A DNA stretch of 64,000 bases, taken from assembly GCA_016793645.1 (NCBI GenBank), contig JAEUHD010000086.1, positions 31,397-95,396 on the forward strand. Reading direction: 5' to 3'. Below are positions 55,647 through 64,000 of this stretch, piece after piece. The notes beneath the pieces were generated by a model that saw nothing but the letters and a program-made list of their open reading frames with translations, had not been told where the DNA came from and made no database searches. Both the position numbers and the translations under genes were made by a program. This stretch comes from Verrucomicrobiales bacterium. GTDB taxonomy: Bacteria; Verrucomicrobiota; Verrucomicrobiia; Limisphaerales; UBA9464. Each line of letters opens with the position of its first letter. Within the stretch, counting starts at the first letter, position 1.

Positions 55647-56225
55647 ATGCGGATCGCGTTCAAGGAGTGGGCGGTGATCGTCGAAGCATTGGGCCTTGGC
55701 GAACAGTCGCTCCTTCTTCGCAAGGGCGGAATCTCCGAGGGCCGGCACGGCTTTCGAATTGAACATTCACAATTCCTGCTTTTCCCAACCCAATTCCATC
55801 AGCACCGCGATCAGGTGGATGCGAGGGGACAGGCTTTGTTCGACGCCCTGCCCGAATCGGACATCACGCCGGATACCGTGCAGGTGGAGTATGTGGCGTC
55901 GGTCTGTGGCTGGAGGAAACTCGACTCCCTGGCCCAGGCGGAGAGCCTCGCGGGTCTTCATGTCTGGCGGCCGGAAGTCATCGCGGAGCGGTTCGCCTGG
56001 GGACGGGAGGATTCCATTCACGCGGTCGCCCTGAGGGTCGCGCGACTGGCGGCACCCCGAAGGATACCCATTCGCCCGGAATACTCGGGGTGCCGCTCCT
56101 GGATTGAGCTGGAAACCGACGTGGATCCTTCCGGCGCCATTCCGATTCTCGACGAATCCACCCACCGGGAACGGATGCACCGGATCGAGGCGACGCTCGG
56201 TGGCCCGCTCACTTCTTCTTCTTAA
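55647..56225 (+). CDS. DUF1802-family protein
   Basis: 192 aa from MRIAFKEWAVIVEALGLGEQSLLLRKGGI...FLLFPTQFHQ, the pattern I recall for DUF1802. The upstream 128 codons of the track ORF are antisense to the flippase gene. Confidence 0.6.
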   Translation: MRIAFKEWAVIVEALGLGEQSLLLRKGGISEGRHGFRIEHSQFLLFPTQFHQHRDQVDARGQALFDALPESDITPDTVQVEYVASVCGWRKLDSLAQAESLAGLHVWRPEVIAERFAWGREDSIHAVALRVARLAAPRRIPIRPEYSGCRSWIELETDVDPSGAIPILDESTHRERMHRIEATLGGPLTSSS

Positions 56226-56997
56226 GCAATGCGTCAAGTCCCTGGGACGCAGCCCCACCCAGGGCGTCGCCTGCGGACTTCGCGGCGGCACCCTTGATGG
56301 CCTCCACGGCGGCGGGATTCAACCCGCCCGCCTTGGCAGCCACAGCGGGCCCCACCTGTTTGACCACCTCGTCGAGCACCCGCTTGGAAACCTCGGCGGG
56401 TGTGATGCCGTCGGGTCCCGTCCCGAGTCCCGTGATCCGGATGTTCGGAATGACCACCGTCGTTCCGGCACCCGCGAGGGCCGCAACGCCGGTCAGTTTG
56501 ACGTGCACCTTCGCATCGTTCACGGAGATCTCATCGACCTGAAGCTTCTTGGATGAGCCCGAGCCTGAACCGGAGGCCGGCTGGGACTTTTCAGTGGCGG
56601 TAAAGGAATCCATATTCGCCAGCAACCGCTTCAGGTTGTTGTCCTGCAGCCCCCCTTCAAACGTGATCTCAGGCCCGTTGAGCTGAAGGGTCTTCACCAC
56701 AACCTTGTTCCCGGTCAGCGACGCCGGATCCACTGAAATTGTTCCCTCGCCCAGTCGCAAAGCAAACGGCTCCTGATAGGGAGCCGGATTCCCCACCACA
56801 AGTCCCTTGATGGTGCCCGTTCCGGTGCTCGGCGAGAGCTTCACACTGTCCACATCCACCTTGGTCTGCGTGATTCGCGGCCCGAGCGTCCGGACTCCCG
56901 AGGCAACCCAGTCGTCAAGATACGACCAGATGAGGAGCGCCCCGACAAAAGTCACGAGCACAATCACGGTGGTGACGACAATCAGCGGCTTCTTCAT
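56209..56997 (-). CDS. hypothetical N-terminally membrane-anchored protein (AsmA/DUF748-like by appearance)
   Basis: Starts MKKPLIVVTTVIVLVTFVGALLIW. A beta-rich body with repeated (V/I)xVxxVxL segments, an SGSGSGSS linker, and an Ala/Gly-rich tail ending KKKK. Confidence 0.5.
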   Translation of the reverse strand: MKKPLIVVTTVIVLVTFVGALLIWSYLDDWVASGVRTLGPRITQTKVDVDSVKLSPSTGTGTIKGLVVGNPAPYQEPFALRLGEGTISVDPASLTGNKVVVKTLQLNGPEITFEGGLQDNNLKRLLANMDSFTATEKSQPASGSGSGSSKKLQVDEISVNDAKVHVKLTGVAALAGAGTTVVIPNIRITGLGTGPDGITPAEVSKRVLDEVVKQVGPAVAAKAGGLNPAAVEAIKGAAAKSAGDALGGAASQGLDALLKKKK

Positions 56998-57282
56998 GGA
57001 GCCCCGAGTTCACGCGGGGGCGGGGGAAAAGACAAGGCTCGAACTCGGTTTGCCCCCGGGGGGGCCGGCGGCAATTTCCCGGGAGGATTGCCACGCCTCC
57101 CGACAAGGCACTGCACCGCCCCGCGGGGTCGCTCCAAGTCTCGGCCCGCACCTCCTGGGCCCAGGCGGATCCGATTCCCGGCGCACCGAATGGGTAGCCG
57201 GCGTGGCCCGCCACGCCGTTTCCCACGGGATTCGCGACGCCGGGACACTTGATTCGATCAAAAATCAAAGCAGCCTTCCGGT

Positions 57283-58350
57283 ATGCGGCTGCGTTGCCAC
57301 CCCTTATTCCTTTTGCTGCTGGTTCTTCCAAGAGAAGTCGGCGCGATCATTCTGTTTGGCAGCGGAGATCCGGACACCAATACCACCGCTCCCGCGGGTT
57401 CCCTCGCCAACAGCGGCTGGACCACCCAGGCCGAGTCCAATCCCTCGGGAACCGCGGTCGGCAAGAGTCACGTTCTCTCGGCCAAACACATCGGTACAAA
57501 GCCGGGGAACACCTTCAAATTCAATGGTCTCACCTACGAAGTCCGGAGAATTGAGGATGCCCCGTCCAGCGACTTGAGATTCCTGGAAGTCGCCGGACGA
57601 CTGGGGTCGAACCAGATCGCCGAACTCTATTCCGGAAACAATGAACCGGGCCGGAGTTGCGTTCTCCACGGATGTGGACGCGGACGCGGGGATGCCGTCT
57701 TCGCCATCACGCCATCAGGGCCACAGTTGAGCGGATGGAAGTGGGGCGGGTTCGGAGGACGCCTCCGGTGGGGCACGAATTCCATCGAGGGTGCCATCAA
57801 CTACCCGGGCACGGGTTCCTTCCTCTATTCACGCTTCAACGGGAATGTGGGCAACGACGAGGCGACGGTTGCCGTTGGCGATTCCGGTGGCGGTGTGTTT
57901 GTACGGGACACGGACGGACGCTGGAAACTCGCCGGCGTCATGTCGGACACCGATGGTTACTTCAAGGTGTCCGCGGACAGCCCTCCGTTCTTTGCGGCTG
58001 CGTTTGATCGCCGTGGACTCTTCACGCTGAATTATGACGGCACGTGGTCGCAAGTGCCGGTATCCGGTCCTCCGATCGGCTCCTTGTGGCAGGCCAGCCG
58101 GGTGTCGGCCCACCACTCCTGGATTCAGAGTCAACTCGCGAAACCGGTCGCCGAGGACTGGCCGCGGCTGTCCTCTTCCAATTCGGCGACAGGTCCGTTT
58201 GCCGAACACGACGCCTACGCCGTGGCGATGGGCCAGAGGAAAATCAGGCTGCGAACCAGCAGCCAGCAGCGCTTCTTTCAGCTCAACGGGACGTCCCCCA
58301 TCCGCCAAATCCGCCTCACCGACGACGGCATCGTCGAAATCGATTACTAG
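57283..58350 (+). CDS. secreted trypsin-like (S1 family) serine peptidase domain protein
   Basis: Signal peptide, catalytic-triad contexts LSAKHIG (His), SSDLRFLEV (Asp) and VGDSGGGVF (Ser), plus an extra C-terminal ~120-aa domain. Confidence 0.65.
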   Translation: MRLRCHPLFLLLLVLPREVGAIILFGSGDPDTNTTAPAGSLANSGWTTQAESNPSGTAVGKSHVLSAKHIGTKPGNTFKFNGLTYEVRRIEDAPSSDLRFLEVAGRLGSNQIAELYSGNNEPGRSCVLHGCGRGRGDAVFAITPSGPQLSGWKWGGFGGRLRWGTNSIEGAINYPGTGSFLYSRFNGNVGNDEATVAVGDSGGGVFVRDTDGRWKLAGVMSDTDGYFKVSADSPPFFAAAFDRRGLFTLNYDGTWSQVPVSGPPIGSLWQASRVSAHHSWIQSQLAKPVAEDWPRLSSSNSATGPFAEHDAYAVAMGQRKIRLRTSSQQRFFQLNGTSPIRQIRLTDDGIVEIDY

Positions 58351-58577
58351 ACCTTGCCCTCAGGACCGCGCCGCCCCGAGACGATTCAAGGCTCCAGCCC
58401 CCGTCCGGAGGTTTCTCAAGGGTTCTTCGCGAGGCGCGGCGATCCCCTGACTGGCAGACGGCCGGAGCAAATCCGATCCGGACCGCATGGGGAACCCTGC
58501 CGGGAAAGAAACGCGGGGCCAACGACGCTTGTCGGGCGGGCGACCTTCCGCAGCAGCAGGAGTGTGAGGTATCGCGG

Positions 58578-59876
58578 CTAGCTCAGCTTCCACTGTCCGG
58601 GCATCGCAATCTTGTAGAAGCCTTCGGCATCCGGAAGCGACTTCGGCTGGGCATCCCACGCCAACCGATCCGGGAAGAGGTTCAACTGCGAGTTCAACGC
58701 CTGATCCCAGCTGATTTCGACGCCGGAGTAGGTCGCATACCGCCCGAGGATGGCGGTCATCGTGGACTTGGCGCCGTTGAACGCCTCGTTGTACGGAGTG
58801 TTGGCACGGATGGCGGCGAACAAATCGTCGTGCTCCTGCTGATACGGATCGACCTTCTTGTCGCTCTTGAACCGCCATCCCTCCCCTGAAGTCGGCTTGA
58901 TGATGTTTCCGCCGACATTGCTGATTCCCTTCGTGCCGACGGCGTGCTCATTGACCTCGCTCCAGCACCCCGGGATATGACGGCACTGGCTGAAGACCGT
59001 GGAACCGTCCTCATAGAAGAACTCGACGGCGTGGTGGTCGTAGATCTCGCCAAATTTCTTTTCGGTACGAACCTGGCGTCCGCCCATGCCGCGCGCCTTG
59101 ACCGGGTACCCATTCTTCACCCAGTTCGCGACATCGAGGTTGTGGATGTGCTGCTCGACGATGTGGTCGCCGCAGAGCCAGTTGAAGTAGTACCAGTTTC
59201 TCATCTGATACTCCATCTCCGTCTGCCCCGGTTTCCGCGGATTCACCCAGACTCCGGCGTCATTCCAGTAAACCCGCATCGTGTGGATGTCCCCAATCGC
59301 CCCGTCGTGCAACCGCTGGATGGTTTCGATGTATCCCGGCTGGTGATGGCGCTGGAGCCCGATTCCCACCTTGAGATTCTTGCGCTTGGCCTCCTCCGCA
59401 GCCGCCAGGAACCGGCGCACCCCGGGTCCGTCCGTGGCCACCGGCTTTTCCGCAAAGACATGCTTTCCCTGTCGAACCGCCTCCTCGAACTGCATGGGAC
59501 GAAAACCGGGAGGGGTGGCGAGAATGACCACGTCAGCCAGGGCGATGGCGTTCTTGTAGGCGTCCAACCCCACAAACTGCCGGTCCGGCGGAACGTCCAC
59601 CTTGGCCCCCTGGGACTGCTTCAGATTGGCGAGGGCGCCTTCCAGTCGGTCCGGAAAGGCGTCCGCCATCGCAATCAGCTTCGTCCCCGGGACATTGAGC
59701 GCCTGACTCGCCGCTCCAGATCCGCGTCCGCCGCAACCAATCAACGCCAGCTTCAAGGTGTCACTGGCCTGGGCAAAAACCAACCGGCCGGCCGACAGCG
59801 CCCCGACGGTGGCGGCACCGGTGGTGGAGATGAATTTTCGACGCGATACGGGGGTGACAACCGAAGTGGAGTTCAT
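58578..59876 (-). CDS. Gfo/Idh/MocA-family oxidoreductase with TAT signal
   Basis: SRRKFISTTGAATVGALSA twin-Arg signal, Rossmann motif LALIGCGGRGSGA and EKPVA. Confidence 0.88.
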   Translation of the reverse strand: MNSTSVVTPVSRRKFISTTGAATVGALSAGRLVFAQASDTLKLALIGCGGRGSGAASQALNVPGTKLIAMADAFPDRLEGALANLKQSQGAKVDVPPDRQFVGLDAYKNAIALADVVILATPPGFRPMQFEEAVRQGKHVFAEKPVATDGPGVRRFLAAAEEAKRKNLKVGIGLQRHHQPGYIETIQRLHDGAIGDIHTMRVYWNDAGVWVNPRKPGQTEMEYQMRNWYYFNWLCGDHIVEQHIHNLDVANWVKNGYPVKARGMGGRQVRTEKKFGEIYDHHAVEFFYEDGSTVFSQCRHIPGCWSEVNEHAVGTKGISNVGGNIIKPTSGEGWRFKSDKKVDPYQQEHDDLFAAIRANTPYNEAFNGAKSTMTAILGRYATYSGVEISWDQALNSQLNLFPDRLAWDAQPKSLPDAEGFYKIAMPGQWKLS

Positions 59877-60028
59877 GGAGTTTCTCAGATAGCGGTTTCG
59901 GACGGACGCAATGAACTCCGGATTCAGTCCGGATGACTCTTTGCGACCGGGGAACGCCCGACTCTGACTTCAAGCCGGAAGCGGGGCAAGGTCCGATTGC
60001 CCTTCGACACCGTGAACCCGGCCCCGAA

Positions 60029-61780
60029 TTACCGGGGCGCCGGCGGCGGAAAACTCGTCCACCACTTCGCGAGTTCCTCGGGTGTTGCCGGCACCTTCGC
60101 AGGCCGGACGACGCGCCATCCCAGGAACTGGGCGTCGGTCAGATACCACCGGGATTTCGGAAGCTGGGGATCGCGCATCTTCCAGGCCGCATCGCTGAAT
60201 TGGCGGGCCGCACACCGAAGCTTGTCGACCTCATCGTCCCAGGATCCGCCCCGGGCGACATGGGGGTACTCCGCAAATCCGAACAACACCGGATTGTCCA
60301 TCGGCAGGATGGAGTAGGCGTCAGCCTTGTAGCCGTCGGTCACCCATTCGGCGACATTGCCCAACATGTCATAAAGACCGAACGCATTCGGCTTCTTGAG
60401 GCCCACCTTCTGGTACTTGCCGTCCGCATTGTCGAAATACCACGCGTATTCCCCCGCCTTGGCCGGTTCGTCCCCCCAGTAGTAGGTCGTGGTGGTCCCC
60501 GCCCGCGCCGCGTATTCCCACTCCGCCTCGGTGGCCAGACGATAAAAGTGACCGGTCTTCGCGGAGAGCCACCGGCAATACATCAGGGCTGCATAATGCG
60601 TCATGCTGATGGCCGGAAAGCCATCCTTGCCCATTCCAAAACTCATTTCCACATAGGGCGTGGTTGGGCGGCTGACGGCATCCGCCTCATGACCGACATA
60701 CGGGTTGCCCCCGTCGGCCGGACGCGGGAAATCGGTCAGCAGCAGCAGTTCGCGGTTCACCCGTTCCGTGCTGACATTGGCCCCCTTCTCCATGCTGGGA
60801 AACTGGAACAGCTCGTATTCGTTCCAGGTGACCTCGGTCTTGCCCATCCAGAAGGGATCCAACTTCACCTTGTGCCGTGGGCTTTCATTGGCCTGATGTC
60901 CCGGGGAATTGTCGGCGCTGCCCATTTCGAATTCCCCGCCGGGGATGGCAACCATCTCAAAGCCCACCGATTCGTGGATGGTTTCGCGGTAGTTCTTGTG
61001 GGCCAACGGAGCCGCCTGTTCGTTCTTGATCAGGCGGGCGTGGATCGCGGCGATCACGGCATTCCAATCCCGATCCGACGAGGCATCCGGCTCGCGCTCC
61101 TTGAGGACGAGTCCCGAAGGCCACGCGGCCCCCTGATCGATCCAGTCCCGAATCACGTCGCATTTTGCAGCGGGGAGCGGGCCGCCCTTCTTCCGGGGAG
61201 GCATCAAATCGTCGTGGTCGGCGGGAAGCACCATGGTGGTATACACCTTGGAAGCCATGGCATCCCCCGGCACAACATCCGGGGATTTGAAGAATTCCTC
61301 CCGGACATCAAGCCGGAGATCACCCTTCGCGTGGCCCTCCTTGTGGCAGGCAACGCAGTACACCTCGAAGATGGGCTTGGCCTGTTTGACAAAATCAACT
61401 TTCTCCCGCTGCTGAAGCCGGACGGAATCCGGCCACACGGCTCCTTCCACGATCCACTGCTTCAGTGTTTCCTGCTGTTGCTGCGTCAGGAGATCCCCCT
61501 TGGGGGGCATGACATCGTCGTGCCCGGCCGGAAGCAGCGTCAGGGTGTACAGCGGCGACTTTGCGGGGTCCCCCGGGACCAGGGAGGCACCCTCCTCCCC
61601 GCCCTGAATCGCTCCCGCCCGGGTCGTCAGTGAGAGCTTTCCCTTCGGCTTTTCGTCCCCGTGGCACTTCAGACAGTACACCTCGAGGATCGGCCGCACC
61701 TGCTTCTTGAAGTCGACGGCCGCGAGGCTGGAGCCGGCAAAGGGCAGTGCGGCAAGGAGGGCAACGGGAAGGAGCTTCAT
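60029..61780 (-). CDS. fusion of two PSCyt1-type CxxCH cytochrome modules with an FGE/SUMF1-family domain
   Basis: 583 aa from [16 protein letters not shown]. Duplicated module [24 protein letters not shown] / [24 protein letters not shown], each followed by MPP. The C-terminal FGE-sulfatase pattern includes [33 protein letters not shown] and RGGSW. Confidence 0.8.
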   Translation of the reverse strand: MKLLPVALLAALPFAGSSLAAVDFKKQVRPILEVYCLKCHGDEKPKGKLSLTTRAGAIQGGEEGASLVPGDPAKSPLYTLTLLPAGHDDVMPPKGDLLTQQQQETLKQWIVEGAVWPDSVRLQQREKVDFVKQAKPIFEVYCVACHKEGHAKGDLRLDVREEFFKSPDVVPGDAMASKVYTTMVLPADHDDLMPPRKKGGPLPAAKCDVIRDWIDQGAAWPSGLVLKEREPDASSDRDWNAVIAAIHARLIKNEQAAPLAHKNYRETIHESVGFEMVAIPGGEFEMGSADNSPGHQANESPRHKVKLDPFWMGKTEVTWNEYELFQFPSMEKGANVSTERVNRELLLLTDFPRPADGGNPYVGHEADAVSRPTTPYVEMSFGMGKDGFPAISMTHYAALMYCRWLSAKTGHFYRLATEAEWEYAARAGTTTTYYWGDEPAKAGEYAWYFDNADGKYQKVGLKKPNAFGLYDMLGNVAEWVTDGYKADAYSILPMDNPVLFGFAEYPHVARGGSWDDEVDKLRCAARQFSDAAWKMRDPQLPKSRWYLTDAQFLGWRVVRPAKVPATPEELAKWWTSFPPPAPR

Positions 61781-61865
61781 GGATCTCGGCACGCGGGAGT
61801 GTATCCGGACCCTGTTCCACGCTGTCAAATCCCAGCGCTCAACAATCCGACTCCGCCCGCCGTCG

Positions 61866-63197
61866 TCAGCTTCGGCAGAAACCGCGAAACGCGCCCCCCA
61901 GCAACTCCTCAGCGTCCCTTCGGATCTCATCGTCGGAAACCACCCAGCCCGAGGATCTCAAGGCTTCGTATCGGGCGGTGAGACAGCGGCCCAGCACCCT
62001 CCGGGAATGTCCCCACTTGTAGATCAACTGGTCCACCACCCGCGAATCGCTGTGCTGTGCCGTGAAACTGGTTCCCAGCAGTTCCAGACGAAGCGTGGTG
62101 ATCTCGGAAATCAACTGGTCGGTGTTGGTAAACCACCAGCATCCAAACGGATGAAGATTCCGAAACTTGCGGGCGAGAACGACCAGCTCGTGCTGGCATT
62201 CGCGGCTCAGGCAGGTGACGAGGAAGCGGTTTTCAGGGTGGGCGGCGCACAGATTCTCAAGCGCTGTAAGGTCACTTCTGCCCATGCCATCACCCGCAAG
62301 CCGGAGGGAGGGATTCACTGCGCGCTTGACGCCCATCATCATGGCGAACGGCTGCCCCGTGTCCCGGCAGTGCGGAAGGACCGCCCCGGTGATCAACTGC
62401 GCCGTCGGGGTGTTGCCCGGCCATTGGAAACCCGGTGGCAGGGATACCATGCAATAGCGGGACCCGATCCTGCGGGTCCAGTCCCCCAGAAAGCGACGGA
62501 CGCCATCCAGGGTACCCGAGTCCAGATCCAAACGAACCCCGTACCCGTCATTCGAGATTTGCAGACCGGCTTCAGGCCATGACATCAGCAGCGGATCAAT
62601 CCGAAGTGCGGCGAAGAACCTCGGATCCCGGGCCAGGGCTCCCTCCCAATACGGCCGCTCCGCGGGATCAAAGGGAGAATTTGTCATTCCCACCGTCGCC
62701 ACGTTCGCAATCCCAAGGACGCGGTCGGTAAACTGCCCGGGATCCTGGTTGGCAAACCACTGCCGGAGGGAGCGCAGATCCCGTTGCCGGGGGTCCAACC
62801 CCAACGCGTGCAAGGTCGTCAGGACTCCACGGCAGGCCTCCGAAAGCGGCGAATGCTCCACAAAGAGACCATTCCAGACAAATTCCGCCTGTTCAGCGCG
62901 GGATGCGGACCAAAAACGATCATACGGCTGATCCGAATGACGAAACGCCTCGCTGACCAAATAGTGATACACCAACTGCTCATCCAAGCCCCACAGCATC
63001 AGCGATCGGAACGAGGGATCGTAGAGGTGCGTGTGAATGTCCTCAACAGGGGTCGCGTCGAGGATTCGGTCGACGCGGTTCCGGAGTTCGGAGTCGTAGT
63101 GCACCCGGAGACGGTATCGCCCGCCCCCCGGGGAAGACGATCCGGGAAAATCAGGAACTCGAATTCCCGCAGTTTCCGCGTGAGATCCCGGAACCAT
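61866..63197 (-). CDS. glucuronate-isomerase (UxaC)-like amidohydrolase-fold protein
   Basis: [11 protein letters not shown] (HxH) near the N-terminus and a C-terminal GCWWFTN...SDSR...RRVLGRCL pattern resembling UxaC. The start is uncertain: ATG at 63197 or in-frame GTG at 63104. Confidence 0.55.
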   Translation of the reverse strand: MVPGSHAETAGIRVPDFPGSSSPGGGRYRLRVHYDSELRNRVDRILDATPVEDIHTHLYDPSFRSLMLWGLDEQLVYHYLVSEAFRHSDQPYDRFWSASRAEQAEFVWNGLFVEHSPLSEACRGVLTTLHALGLDPRQRDLRSLRQWFANQDPGQFTDRVLGIANVATVGMTNSPFDPAERPYWEGALARDPRFFAALRIDPLLMSWPEAGLQISNDGYGVRLDLDSGTLDGVRRFLGDWTRRIGSRYCMVSLPPGFQWPGNTPTAQLITGAVLPHCRDTGQPFAMMMGVKRAVNPSLRLAGDGMGRSDLTALENLCAAHPENRFLVTCLSRECQHELVVLARKFRNLHPFGCWWFTNTDQLISEITTLRLELLGTSFTAQHSDSRVVDQLIYKWGHSRRVLGRCLTARYEALRSSGWVVSDDEIRRDAEELLGGAFRGFCRS

Positions 63198-63217
63198 GCC
63201 CCAAGAATTCCCCGATC

Positions 63218-64000
63218 ATGTCCGACGGTTACCAGCTGGTGCAGCTCAGGAACGGAACCTGGAGCGTCCGCTGCCTGGAGGTGGCGGAGACGTTCCATCC
63301 GGTCGTGGGTCCAGAGGAGGAGGCGGAAGCCCTCTACGTGAGGCAGCTCCAACTGGTGCAACGATTCGAACGGCACCGGGAGGCGTCCCCCGGAACCCCG
63401 TTTGTCATTTGGGACGTGGGATTGGGCGCGGGCGCCAACGTCTTGGTCGCCGTCCGATCCCTGATGCGAATCCAGGGAACGCTTCGGATCCTCAGCTTCG
63501 ACCACACCCTGAGCCCCCTGCGATTCGCCCTCTCGCACGCCGTGCGCCTGGGCTATTTCGGAACCCTGCAACCCACGGTGGGGCAGCTGTTGGACTCGGG
63601 ATCGGCCCACGTCTCCTCGGGTTCATTTGAAGCCCGTTGGGACGTAATCACGGGCGATTTCCCCTCGCAGCTTCCCACCGATACCGCCCAACGCTGGCCC
63701 AAGCCCCACTGCATCCTGTTCGATGCATACTCCCCCGCCCGAAACCCGGCCATGTGGACCCTTCCCCTGTTCACCCGCCTCCGCGCGCTGGCTGTGGACC
63801 ACACTCCCTGCACCCTGGCCACCTATTCAAGGGCGACCCTCCTTCGCGTGACCCTCCTCCAGGCGGGATGGCACGTCGGAGTGGGGCATGCCACGGGGGA
63901 AAAGGACGAAACCACGCTGGCGGCGAACCGGGGGGATCTCATCGAGAATCCGCTCACCCGCGCATGGCTGCAGCGCGCCCTGAGGTCGACCAGCGCCGAG
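63218..64000 (+). CDS. MnmC-like (DUF752) SAM-dependent methyltransferase domain protein, 3' end outside the window; absent from the supplied ORF track
   Basis: I translated it by hand from the ATG at 63218 and found 261 codons with no stop to nt 64000. WDVGLGAGANVL resembles a SAM loop, and ILFDAYSPARNPAMWTLPLF matches the DAF-x-P-x-x-NP-x-x-W hallmark. Confidence 0.6.
   Translation, partial: MSDGYQLVQLRNGTWSVRCLEVAETFHPVVGPEEEAEALYVRQLQLVQRFERHREASPGTPFVIWDVGLGAGANVLVAVRSLMRIQGTLRILSFDHTLSPLRFALSHAVRLGYFGTLQPTVGQLLDSGSAHVSSGSFEARWDVITGDFPSQLPTDTAQRWPKPHCILFDAYSPARNPAMWTLPLFTRLRALAVDHTPCTLATYSRATLLRVTLLQAGWHVGVGHATGEKDETTLAANRGDLIENPLTRAWLQRALRSTSAE

Noticed and set aside
59933-61633. 566-aa plus-strand ORF antisense to the FGE-cytochrome gene
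   Set aside because: No motifs and Arg/Gly/Pro-rich. The minus strand encodes duplicated CxxCH modules and an FGE domain with a proper signal peptide.
63196-63630. 144-aa plus-strand track ORF at the right edge
   Set aside because: It is an alternate frame of the longer, motif-bearing MnmC-like ORF starting at 63218, and its product is Gly/Arg/Pro-rich.
1-64000. CRISPR arrays, IS elements, prophage, toxin-antitoxin or known defence-system genes
   Set aside because: I looked for spaced direct repeats, terminal inverted repeats, and transposase, integrase or phage-like proteins in all listed frames and found none. Absence cannot be proven without computational repeat and HMM scans.

Overview
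High-GC, densely coding chromosomal segment. I found no rRNA, CRISPR array, IS element, transposase/integrase or prophage signature. All domain calls come from reading motifs in the translations, since no database search was possible. Gene content (PSCyt1-type CxxCH modules, a TAT-signal Gfo/Idh/MocA enzyme, LamG/PQQ-propeller giants, a cytochrome b-c fusion) suggests a PVC-group bacterium, probably Verrucomicrobiota or Planctomycetota; this is inference only. Housekeeping blocks: a 5'-truncated cytochrome b/di-haem c gene, ppk, a DASS transporter, an FKBP PPIase, a two-subunit pyruvate:ferredoxin-type oxidoreductase, pyrC, a 13-gene NDH-1 cluster nuoB-nuoN, ubiX, a Wzx-like flippase, and a UxaC-like / FGE-cytochrome / Gfo-Idh-MocA cluster. 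The nuo cluster has no nuoA, carries a near-perfect Rex/CRP-type palindrome upstream, and has an antisense tRNA-Gln in the nuoE-nuoF gap. The most unusual region is a 16-kb, 13-gene, translationally coupled plus-strand train (6447-22345). It runs SIS protein, two class-III aminotransferases, a tandem-ModA binding protein with ModB/ModC, an orphan E1-like adenylyltransferase, an unrecognisable doubly anchored lipoprotein, a MacB/FtsX-type ABC pair, two exported PQQ-like propeller proteins (one LamG + methyltransferase-fold) and phosphonoacetate hydrolase. The lipoprotein/MacB-type/propeller sub-module (13686-21067) is my best candidate for an undescribed system. Other notable items are a sigma-54/NtrC-type ZraPSR-like operon with an embedded OMP and the window's only AT-rich island, and two domain-less proteins next to tRNA-Gly. 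Many long antisense or alternate-frame ORFs in the supplied track are high-GC shadow ORFs and were rejected.
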